Shown here: one piece after another, positions 20,088-29,900 of the stretch
How the letters are laid out: each line of letters begins with the position of its first letter
How positions within the stretch are numbered: position 1 is the stretch's first letter
Assembly (NCBI GenBank): GCA_963819215.1
Contig: CAWFVK010000018.1
Coordinates: 3,158 to 67,157, forward strand
DNA length: 64,000 nucleotides
Source of the DNA: an uncultured Actinomycetota bacterium
GTDB lineage: Bacteria > Actinomycetota > Actinomycetes > Prado026
Reading direction: 5' to 3'
Program-made: the position numbers and the translations under genes
The notes under the pieces: model-generated
The model's database searches: none
What the model was told of the DNA's origin: nothing
Seen by the model: the letters and a program-made list of their open reading frames with translations, nothing else

Positions 20088-23000
20088 GTGCGTGCAGGTC
20101 GTCGGTCGGCACTCGCGCCGCTGCTCGTTGCCTCCACCGTGCTGGCAACCCTCGCCGCGGCGATAGCGCCAGGCACGGCGATGGCCGCGACGCCGTCAGC
20201 CCAGCCTGCACAGGCGTCGATCGTGTCCACGGTCCCTGCCTCGACCTCGCCCAACATCAACGACGGCGCCACCAACAGCCTCACGCAGGTCGGGTCGAGG
20301 ATCATCGCCGGCGGGTCCTTCACCAGCGTCAGCCCCGCGGGAGTCACCGACGGCTCACAAGCCGCCGCACGGACCGACGTGCTGGCCTTCGACGCGACCA
20401 GCGGCGTCCTGGATGCCGGCTTCCACCCCGTCCTCGACGGCACCGTCTACGCCGTGACCCCGGGCCCGACGCCCGACACGGTCTACCTCGGTGGCGCCTT
20501 CAGCACCGTCAACGGGGTCGCGGCCAAGAGCATCGCCCTCGTCAGCACGGTGACCGGCGCGATCGTCCCTGGCTTCACCGCGCCGAAGATGAACGGCATC
20601 GTCTACACCGCCCGCCTCTCCCTTGGTCGCCTGTACCTCGGCGGCTCGTTCACCGTGGTGGGCGGCGTCTCGCACGAGGGACTGGTCACCCTGACACCGG
20701 CGACCGGCGCGGTGGACCCCTTCATGGCTGTCCAGCTGACGGGGCACCACAACTACACCGGCAAGCCCGGTCAGGCGAACGGCGCGGTCGGGCCGCGCAA
20801 GCTCGCCATCAGCCCCGACGGCACCCTCGCGATCGTCATCGGCAACTTCAAGGAAGCCAACGGGGTCGTCTATGACCAGATCGTCCGCCTCAGGCTGGAC
20901 GGCGCGACCGCGACCGTGGACAGCACCTGGAAGACCTCCGCCTACACCGCGGCGTGCTTCGCCGCCGCCTTCGACACCTACATGGAGGACGTCGACTTCG
21001 CCCCGGACGGGTCCTACTTCGCGGTGGGCGCGACCGGGGGCTCGGGAACGAACACCGACGGCAGCAACTCGCTGTGCGACAGCGTGGCCCGGTGGCAGAC
21101 CGCTGCGACCGGTAGCAACGTGCGCCCCGTCTGGGTCGACTACACCGGCAACGACACACCCTCGTCCGTCGCCGTCACCGGCCCGGCGGTCTACGTCGGC
21201 GGGCACCAGCGCTGGATGAACAACCCGCTCGGCGCCGACAACGCGAACCTCGGTGCCGTCCCGCGTCCGGGCATCGCGGCGCTCGACCCGGTGTCGGGCG
21301 TCCCGCTCAGCTGGAACCCGGGACGCAACCCGCGTGGCGCCGGTGCCGGCGCGCTGCTCGTCACCAGCACGGGCTTGTGGGTCGGCAGCGACACGACCTG
21401 GATCGGCAACAGGCTCTCCTACCGCGGCCGCGTCGCGTTCTTCCCGCTCGCCGGCGGCGCCCCCGCGCCTGACTACTCGATGGACCAGGTGCCGGCCAAC
21501 GCCTACCTGGCGGGGCAGCTCACGACGACGAGCACCACCAACGTGCTCTACCGGGTGAACGCGGGCGGCCCCACGCTGCAGGCCATCGACGGCGGCCCCG
21601 TCGTGGCAGGGCGACACCACGAACCCGGGCCCGTACCGGACCTCGGCGCCGACGACCGGAACTGTGGGCTACCCCCCGGTCACCGCTCTGGCTGCCAGCG
21701 TGCCCGCTAGCACCCCCGCCGGGATCTTCAGCTCCGAGCGCTGGGACCCGGGCACCAAGGGCGACGGCAGCGAGATGCAGTGGTCGTTCCCGGCCACGGC
21801 CGGCCAGCACGTCGAGGTCCGTCTCTACTTCGCCAACCGGTGCTCATGCACGGATGCCGTCGGTGACCGGGTCTTCGACGTCGCTGTGGACGGCGCGACC
21901 GTCCTGAACCACTACGACATCGTCGCTGACGCAGGCGACCAGACGGGGACGATGAAGGCCTTCGACGTGACCGTGCCCGGTACCGGCGCGATCACCGTGG
22001 GCTTCACGCACGAGACCCAGAACCCGCTGGTCGACGGCATCGAGATCATCAACCAGGACGCCCCGACCCCCACCCCGCCGGCCGGCGGGTCGCTGCTCCA
22101 GCGCCCGTTCTACGGCACCAGCTCAGGGACGACGACCACGGTGTCGAGCTCCTACCCCTGGTCGTCCGTGCGCGGCGCCTTCATGGTCGGCGGCTGGCTC
22201 TACTACGGCTCGACCGACGGCAACCTCTACCGCAGCACGTTCGACGGCACGACGGTGGGCGCCGCGAACCTCGTCGATCCCTACAACGACCCGGCGTGGG
22301 CGAACGTCCTGACCGGTTCCGGGCAGACCTATCGCGGCGTCAAGCCGAGCCTCTACGGCGGGGAGATGCAGAACGTCACGTCGATGTTCTACTCGGCCGG
22401 AAAGCTGTACTACACGCTCTACGGTCAGCCGAACCTGTACTCCCGCTCGTTCAGCCCCGAGTCGGGCATCGTCGGCGAGGACGAGGCCAGCGTGGCAGGG
22501 GTCAACTTCAGCAACACCGCCGGCGCGTTCCTGTCCGGCAGCACGCTCTACTACGACAACAGCACGGACGGCGTCCTGCACAAGGTCGCCTTCGCGGCCG
22601 GCGTCACCAACCCAGCCACCGACGTCCCGATCGCCGACGGGCAGGACTGGCGTGCCCGAGGCCTGTTCCTCTTCGGCTCGCTCACCTCGACGACCGCCGT
22701 GTTCACCAGCAGCTGCGTGGCCATGACCTGCACGTTCGACGGCAGCACGTCCACCCCGCTCGGTCGGCTCAGCTACTCCTGGGACTTCGGCGACGGCAGC
22801 ACCAGCACGCTGGCCACCCCGACCCACCTGTTCTCCGTGGCCGGCGCGCACACCGTCACCTTGACCGTCACCGACAGCAGCTCGAACACCTCGAGCGTCA
22901 GCCACGGGGTGAGCGTCCAGCCGCCGAACGCACGCTTCACCGCGGTGACTCCGTGCCGGGTCTTCGACACCCGGGGGACGCCGGGCACCTGCACGGCCGC

Positions 23001-24105
23001 CCCCGCGGCGCACAAGGCCCAGCTCGGGACAGGCACCACCAAGAACGTGAAGATCGCCGGTGTCGGCGGCGTCCCGGCGAACGCGACCGCGGTCGTCCTC
23101 AACGTCACTGCGGTCAACGCGACCGCCACCACGTACATCACCGTCTCCCCCGGCGGCAAGGCGCGGCCCATCGTCTCGAACCTCAACGTCAACAGCTCGG
23201 CGCCGGTGCCGAACCTGGTGACCGTGAGCCTCGGCGCCGACGGCTCGCTGAACTTCTACAACTACGCCGGCAGGGTCGACCTGCTGGCCGATCTCGCCGG
23301 TTACTACAGCCCCACGGCGGGCAACGGGTACACACCGGTCGCTCCCTGCCGCGTGTTCGACACCCGCGGGAACGCCGGCTCGTGCACGTCAGCACCGGCC
23401 GCGACCTCGACGCCGATCGGTGCCGGCGGGATCAAGAACGTCATGATCGCCGGGGTGGGCGGCGTCCCCGCCAACGCCACCGCGGTCGTCCTCAACGTCA
23501 CTGCCGTCAACGCGACCAAGGCCACCTACGTCACTGTCTGGCCGGGCGGCCATGCCAAGCCGGAGGCATCCAACCTCAACGTCCACTCGGCGCTGCCCGT
23601 GCCGAACCTGGTCGTCGTGCCGCTGGGCCCCGACGGGTCGATCGACGTCGGCAACTACATCGGGACGGTCGACGTCCTCGCCGACCTCGCCGGCTTCTTC
23701 TCCCCGGCCTCCGCCTCGGGCTTCCACGCCGTGACCCCGTGCCGGATCATCGACACCCGCGGGACGACGGGCTCGTGCCCCGCCGCCCCGGCGGGTACCA
23801 AGCGGGCACTCACCAGTGGTGGAACCGTCTCGCTGCGCGTGGTCGGCGTCGGTGGGATCCCCACCTCGGCAACAGCGCTGGTGCTCAACGTGACCGCGGT
23901 GGGCGCCACCAACCGGACCTACCTCACCGTGTTCCCGGGGTCGACGGTCCGGCCGGTGGCGTCGAACCTGAACATCGCGTCCGCGGCGCCGATCCCCAAC
24001 CAGGTCGTGGTCCCCGTGGGCATCGACGGCAGCATCAGCGTGTTCAACGCGTTGGGCAGCGTCAACGTCCTCGCCGATCTGGCGGGCTACTACTCGACGA
24101 GCTAG
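20088..24105 (+). pseudogene. Large secreted multidomain carbohydrate-binding protein, paralog 1 (propeller-like, malectin, propeller-like, PKD, 3x unnamed repeat), one frame break near 21600
   Basis: GTG at 20088 ([34 protein letters not shown] signal peptide). It is co-linear with the intact paralog at 26968-30972. The frame changes right after ...LQAIDGGP (ORF 19935-21710) and resumes as WQGD...GYPPVTALAASVPASTPAGIFSSERWDPG (ORF 21664-24105). Confidence 0.8.
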
Positions 24106-24135
24106 CCAGGCAGGCGGGTCAGCCGGAGGGCGCCG

Positions 24136-24154
24136 GTAGGGTAGCCTTACCTAA
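24136..24154. promoter_or_regulatory. IdeR/DtxR-type iron box candidate upstream of bfd-bfr
   Basis: GTAGGGTAGCCTTACCTAA matches the mycobacterial IdeR consensus TTAGGTTAGGCTAACCTAA at 15 of 19 positions by my count. It lies 47 nt upstream of the bfd GTG. Confidence 0.5.
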
Positions 24155-24200
24155 CTGCCGCCCGAGCTGGGCGCCCCGTCGCCCGGAGTCGAACGCTTCC

Positions 24201-24407
24201 GTGATCATCTGCCACTGCGCCGTCGTTACAGATCGCGATGTCGCCGCTACGGTTGCCACGGGTTCGACGACGCTCGCTGCCGTGTGTCGGAGCACCTCCG
24301 CCGGCCGCGCCTGTGGCCGGTGCCTTCCGACGCTCAAGGCCATGCTCTGCGAGCAGTGCCCTCGCGCGGATCTGTCCCAGCCGGAGGTCGCGCATGCAGC
24401 CCGTTAG
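24201..24407 (+). CDS. bfd: Bacterioferritin-associated ferredoxin (BFD-like [2Fe-2S]-binding domain)
   Basis: VIICHCAVVTDRDVAATVATGSTTLAAVCRSTSAGRACGRCLPTLKAMLCEQC carries the CxC...CxxC pattern. GTG at 24201. The gene overlaps the bfr start. Confidence 0.7.
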   Translation: MIICHCAVVTDRDVAATVATGSTTLAAVCRSTSAGRACGRCLPTLKAMLCEQCPRADLSQPEVAHAAR

Positions 24408-24876
24408 CCCCCGTGTGGTCGAGCTCCTCAACGACGCCCTCACCTTCGAGCTCACCATCACGAACACCTACTTCGTGCACGCACGGATGCTCGACAGCTG
24501 GGGCATCGGTTCCCTGGGCAAGGCGTTCTACGAGCTCTCCATCGACGAGATGAAGGACTCCGACGCCCTGATCCAGCGCATCCTGCTCTTCGACGGCCAC
24601 CCGAACGTCCAGCGTCTGGGCGCCATCACCATCGGCGAGACGGCCCAGGAGATGCTGACCCTCGCGCTCGAGAGCGAGCGCCGCGCGGTCGCTCAGTTCA
24701 ACGCCGGCGCCAAGGAGTGCCATGAACTGGGTGACCACGGCACCGCCTCGATCTTCGAGGAGATGGTGCGCTCCGAGGAGACCCACGTGGACTGGTTCGA
24801 GGCGCAGCTCGGCGCGATCGAACGGGTAGGTGTCCAGCAGTACCTCGCTGCGCAGCTGGCGACGGGGACGCCCTAG
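24394..24876 (+). CDS. bfr: Bacterioferritin
   Basis: GGAGG precedes ATG at 24394. Sequence VVELLNDALTFELTITNTYFVHARMLDSWG...DEMKDSDALIQRILLFDGHPN...ESERRAVAQFN...EEMVRSEETHVDWFEAQL carries the ferroxidase-centre E/H pattern. Confidence 0.9.
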   Translation: MQPVSPRVVELLNDALTFELTITNTYFVHARMLDSWGIGSLGKAFYELSIDEMKDSDALIQRILLFDGHPNVQRLGAITIGETAQEMLTLALESERRAVAQFNAGAKECHELGDHGTASIFEEMVRSEETHVDWFEAQLGAIERVGVQQYLAAQLATGTP

Positions 24877-25918
24877 CCCGAGCGGCTCGCTTCGGTGCCT
24901 TCGGCGAGCCAGCGGACCACGTCCGAGGCCGGTTCGTCGCTGGCGTGCCGATATCCCGTGCCGGCCCACAGGTTGATGCCGTCAGCGTCCGCGGCCCGGG
25001 TTGCCGCCGCGCGCAACGGCACCGTCAGCAGGTGGATCGCCGGGTAGCCAAGGGGAGCCGTCGCGGTGTGCTCGTCCGTGAACCGGTTCCGGAGCGCTCG
25101 CGCCGGCCGGCCGGTGAACGCCCGCGTCACGACCGTCCCGTCACGGGCAGGGTCGACCAGCGCGTCCTTGTGGATGGGGCGTGCCCCGCTCTCCGGCGTA
25201 CGGAGCAACGCCGTCCCGACCAGCACTGCGTTGGCCCCTGCCTTCATCGCGTCCCTGACGGCGGCCGGCCCGCTGATGCCGCCGGCAGCCAGCAGCGGCA
25301 GCCCGCTGACCGACCTGACGGCTGCTACCAGCGCCGCGGTGTCGGTGTGCCGGTTCGGCGTCTGCGGGGTGGTGGTCCCGCTGTGCCCGCCGGCCGCGGC
25401 GCTCTGCACCGCGAGCGCATCCACCCCGACGGCCTCGGCGGCCCGCGCCTCGTCGACCGTGGTCACCGTCGCGACCACCTGGCTGCCCGCCGCCTGCAGG
25501 CGCGCGACCACCGCGGCTGGCGGGAGGGCGAACGTGAAGCTCACGACCGCGACCGGGTCGTCGACCAGGAGCTCGACCTTCTCCCTCCACCAGTCGTCGT
25601 ACCCCGCACCCAGGCCAGCCAGCGCCGGCAGCTCGACCTCGTAGCGCTCAGCCTCAGCGCTGAGCTCGTCCGCGTAGCGCTGAGCTCCGCCTGGCTCGGC
25701 GTGGTGCCTCCAGGCAGGAACACGTTCACGCCGAAGTCGCGGCAGCGCTCCCTGGTGGCTGCGACCTGCTGCTGCATGCCCTCCGGCGTCAGGTAGCCGG
25801 CGGCGAGGAAGCCGAACCCGCCCGCCGCCGACGCAGCCGCCACCAGCGCCGGGGTCGACGGGCCGCCCGCCATCGGAGCAGCCACCACCGGTACCCGCAC
25901 CGAGCCGAGCGACCACAT
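24873..25918 (-). pseudogene. Nitronate monooxygenase (2-nitropropane dioxygenase, NMO family), one frame break near 25690
   Basis: ATG at 25918 (MWSLGSVRVPVVAAPMAGGPSTPALVAAASAAGGFGFLAAG) is in one frame. The rest (AQRYADELS...AAGGHSGTT...LLAAGGISGPAAVRDAMKAGANAVLVGTALL) is in ORF 24873-25916. Confidence 0.8.
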
Positions 25919-25980
25919 GGCAGACCTCCTCGAGGCTGGCCTCCTGCCGGCGGGATCCTGTCGACGGCTAGGGTCTGAGC

Positions 25981-26919
25981 GTGCGCTACCAACCCCTCGG
26001 AACCTCAGGTCTCACCGTCTCCGTCGTCGGCCTCGGATGCAACAACTTCGGCGGTCGGATCGACCTCGAGGCGACCCGCGCCGTGGTTGACGCCGCGATC
26101 GACGAGGGCATCACGCTGTTCGACACCGCGGACATCTACGGGGAGGACAGCGGCTCGGAGCGCACCCTCGGCGAGGTGCTGAAGGGCCGCCGCGACCAGG
26201 TCGTCCTGGCCACCAAGTGGGGGCACCAGAACTACGACCTCGGGTACGGCCCGGCTGCCGGCGCCAAGGGCGGTCGTTCGTACATCCGCCGGGCCGTGAC
26301 CGAGTCCCTGCGGCGGCTGCAGACCGACTGGATCGACCTGTACCAGCTCCACACACCTGACCCGGTCACGCCCATCGAGGAGACGCTGGCCGCCCTCGAC
26401 GAGCTCGTCCAGGAGGGCAAGGTGCGCTACGTCGGGAGCTCGAACCTCACGGGCTGGCAGCTCGCCGACGCCGCCCACCTCGCCGGGGCCGGCGGCACGA
26501 CGCCCTTCATCTCCGCCCAGAGCGAGTACTCCTGGCTGAACCGCTCGGTGGAGGCGGAGGTCTTGCCCGCCTGCGCGCACTTCGGGCTGGGCTTCCTGCC
26601 GTACTTCCCGCTCGCGATGGGCCTGCTCACCGGAAAGGTCACCAGGGCGAACGGCATCCCCGAGCAGACCCGCTTGGCCGAGCGCCAGCACTACGTCACC
26701 GACGCGCGCCTCGACACGGTCGAGGCGCTCGACGCCTGGGCCGTCGCGCACGACCGCTCCCTGCTCGACGTCGCCATCGGCGGCCTGGCCACCAAGCCGG
26801 GAGTCAGCTCGGTCATCGCTGGTGCCACCAAGCCGGAGCAGGTCCACGCGAACGTGGCCGCCGGCAGGTGGCAGCCGACCGCGGACGAGCTCGCCGAGCT
26901 CGACGCGCTCACGGCTTAG
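25981..26919 (+). CDS. Aldo/keto reductase
   Basis: GTG at 25981. Sequence LGTSGLTVSVVGLGCNNFG...DTADIYG...LATKWG...DLYQLHTPD...IAGATKPEQV is a classic AKR pattern. Confidence 0.9.
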   Translation: MRYQPLGTSGLTVSVVGLGCNNFGGRIDLEATRAVVDAAIDEGITLFDTADIYGEDSGSERTLGEVLKGRRDQVVLATKWGHQNYDLGYGPAAGAKGGRSYIRRAVTESLRRLQTDWIDLYQLHTPDPVTPIEETLAALDELVQEGKVRYVGSSNLTGWQLADAAHLAGAGGTTPFISAQSEYSWLNRSVEAEVLPACAHFGLGFLPYFPLAMGLLTGKVTRANGIPEQTRLAERQHYVTDARLDTVEALDAWAVAHDRSLLDVAIGGLATKPGVSSVIAGATKPEQVHANVAAGRWQPTADELAELDALTA

Positions 26920-26926
26920 CCACGCT

Positions 26927-26960
26927 GGCTCATCCGGTCCGGCGCCCGACCGGCTGAGCC
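26927..26960. terminator. Hairpin between convergent genes (candidate bidirectional terminator)
   Basis: GGCTCATCCGGTC-CGGCGCCC-GACCGGCTGAGCC forms two 6-bp stem segments with one T/C mismatch. It lies between the AKR stop (26919) and the paralog-2 stop (26968). There is no U-tract. Confidence 0.4.
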
Positions 26961-26967
26961 CGCGCGG

Positions 26968-29900
26968 TCAGCTCGCGGAGTAGTAGCCCGCGAGGTCGAC
27001 GACCGCGTCGACGTCGCCGATGTAGTTGCCGATGCTCACCGTTCCGTCAGCGCTCACCGGGACGGTGACGAGGTTGGCCACCGGGGACGCAGACGACACG
27101 TTGAGGTTCGACACGACTGGCTTGACGGTGCCGCCGGGGAAGACCGTCAGGTAGGTCGCCCTCGAGGCGTTGACGGCCGTCACGTTGAGCACCACCGCGG
27201 TGACCGAGGCGGGCACCGATCCGACCCCAGCGACATGGAACGTCCTGACCTGGCCCGAGCCGATGGACTGGTCGACCCCGGCCGGTGCGCCAGGACAGGT
27301 TCCGGTGGTGCCGCGGGTGTCCAGGATCCGGCACGGGCCGGTGGCGGTGTAGCCGCTGGCCGAGGTCGGGGCGAAGTAGCCGGCGAGGTCAGCCAGCAGG
27401 TCGACCGAGCCGGCGTTGTTGTAGAAGCTGACGGTCCCGTTCGCGGCCAGCTGCACGACGACGAGGTTGGGCAGCGGCGCCGCCGAGCCCACGCTCAGGT
27501 TGGAGACCACGGGTCGGGCCGTCCCGCCGGGGAAGACCGTCTCGTAGGTCGAGCGGGTGGCCCCGACCGCGGTGAGGTTGAGGACGACGGCTGTCGCCGT
27601 GGCAGGCACCCCTCCCACCCCGGCGATCTTCACCGTCAACGTCTGTCCCGCGCCGAGGGTCTCCCTGGTGGCGGCCGGCGGCGTCGAGCAGCTGCCGACG
27701 GTGCCGCGCGTGTCGAAGACCCGGCAGGGCGCGACCGCGGAGTACCCCGAGCCCGTCCCCGTCGCGTAGTAGCCCTGCAGGTCGGCGAGCAGGTCGACGT
27801 TCCCGGTCGCGTTGCCGAGGTTGACGACACCGCCGGTGCCCACGGGCACGACGACCAGGTTCGCCACCGGGGCGGGTGAGCTGACGTTCAGGTTCGACGC
27901 CGTGGGCTTGGGCTGCCCGGCCGGCCAGGCGGTGATGTAGGTGGAACGCGAAGTCGCGTTCACCGCGGTCACGTTGAGCACCACGGCGGTGGCACCGGCA
28001 GGCACGCCCCCGACACCCGTCACCTTGACCGCCAGCACTCCAGCCGGACCGACCGGCGCCTTGCTGCTGGCCGAGCCTCCGGGGCAGCCGGCGGTCGCAC
28101 CCCTGGTGTCGTAGACGCGGCACGGCGTCACCGCGGTGTACGTCGCGGCGGGCGGCGCCGGGGAGACGGAGTGGCTCGCGGTAGCGGTCTGGGCGCCCGT
28201 GCCGGTCACCGTCAAGGTCACCGTGTGCGCACCGGCAGCGGTGTACCTGTGGGTCGGGGCGACACCGGTGCCGGTGGTGCCGTCACCGAAGGCCCAGCTG
28301 TAGGCGGTCGCGCCGGTCGAGGTCGAGGCGTTGAACGAGCAGGACATCGCGGTGCACGTGCTGGTGAACGCTGCGGTCGGAGGCACGACCGCCGCCTTGC
28401 CGAGGAACAGACCCCGCGTGCGCCAGTCGTTGCCGTCGAGCGCCGGTCCGCTGACGACGGTGTCCGTCGCCGGGTCCGTGCTGCCGTCGGCGAACGCGAC
28501 ACGGTGCAGGTTCCCGTCCGCGCGGCTCGCGTAGTAGAGCGAGCTGCCCGAGAGGAACGCGCCGGCGATGTTGCTGAGGTCCACGCCGTCGGTGCTCGAC
28601 TCGTCCTCGGTGACGATCCCCGAGTCAGGGTTGAAGGACCGCGCGAAGAGCTCGGAGTCGCCGAGCATCGTGTAGTAGATCTTGCCGCCGGAGTAGAACA
28701 TCGAGGTCGCGTCCTGGATCTCGCCGCCGTAGAAGCCCGGCGCCGCACCCTGATACGTCTGGCCGGAGCCCGTCTGCACGTTCACCCAGGCTGGGTCGTC
28801 GTAGGGGTCGACCTTGGTGGCCGGCCCGAAGGTGGTGCCGTCGAAGCTTCGGCGGTAGAGGTTGCCGTCGGTCATGCCGTAGAACAGCGTGCCGCCGACG
28901 GTGAACGCGCCACGCACCGAGGACCAGGCCGTGCCGGTTCCGCCGACCGTGGAGGTCGGGCCGGCAGCGGTGCCGTTGAACGCTCGCTCGAGCAGCGAAC
29001 CGGCGGGCGGCGGTGGCGGGACGGGGGCGTCCTGGTTGATGAGCTCGATGCCGTTGACCAGCGGGTTCTCGGTCTCATGGGTCCAGTCGATGCTGACCTG
29101 GCCGGTTGCCGGCACGGTGACGTTGAAGGCCTTCATCGTGCCCGTCTGATCACCGACGTCCGCCACGATGTCGTAGTGGTTCAGGACCGTCGTGCCGTCC
29201 ACGGCGACGTCGAACACGCGCTGGCCCACCCCGCTCGTGCCGTCGTAGCGGTTCGCGAAGTAGAGCCGGACCTGCACGTGCTCGCCGACCGTCGCGGGGA
29301 ACGTCCACTGCATCTCGTCGCCGTCACCGTTGGATCCCGGGTCCCAGCGCTCGGAGGAGAAGATCCCGGACGGCGTGGTCGCCGGCACGGTGCTGGCGAT
29401 GGTGGCGACGGGGCCGTACCCGGCCGTCTGGCTGTCACCGTTGTGGTACGGGCTGCCGTCGGTGGGGTCGCCCTGCCAGTCCGGCCCGCCGTCGATCGCC
29501 TGGATCGTGGACCCACCCGCGTTGACCCGGTAGAGCACGTTGGTGCTCGCGGTCGAGGTGAGCTGGCCCGCGAGGTAGACGTTCGCCGGCAAGGCCGTCG
29601 TCGCGACGCTCGGCGTCGGCGTTCCCCCCGCGAGAGGGAAGAACGCGATGCGGCCGCGGTAGTACTTGCGGTTGCCGATGTACTGCGTGTCGCTCCCGAC
29701 CCACAGGCCCGTGCTGGTCGCGAGCAGGGCGGCGGCGCCCGAGCCGCGCGGGTTACGCCCGGGGTTCCAGGACATGGGGACGCCGGAGACAGGGTCGAGC
29801 GCACCGAGGCCGGGCCGCGGGACCGCGCCCGGGCCGGCGTAGTCGTAGCCGTCCGGGTTGTTGAGCCAGCGCTGGTGGCCGCCGACGTAGACCGCGCTGC

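Noticed and set aside
19799-20443. N-terminal 214-residue extension of ORF 17765-20443 (MFS gene)
   Set aside because: The extension lies antisense over the leader and 5' end of paralog 1. MFS motifs begin right after ATG 19798, and the extension has no hydrophobic segments.
21585-21670. Programmed ribosomal frameshifting as the explanation for the split genes (paralog 1, pnt, dprE1 and others)
   Set aside because: No slippery heptamers or stimulatory structures are present at the break points. The breaks are numerous, occur in unrelated genes and go in both directions. Simple indels explain them better.
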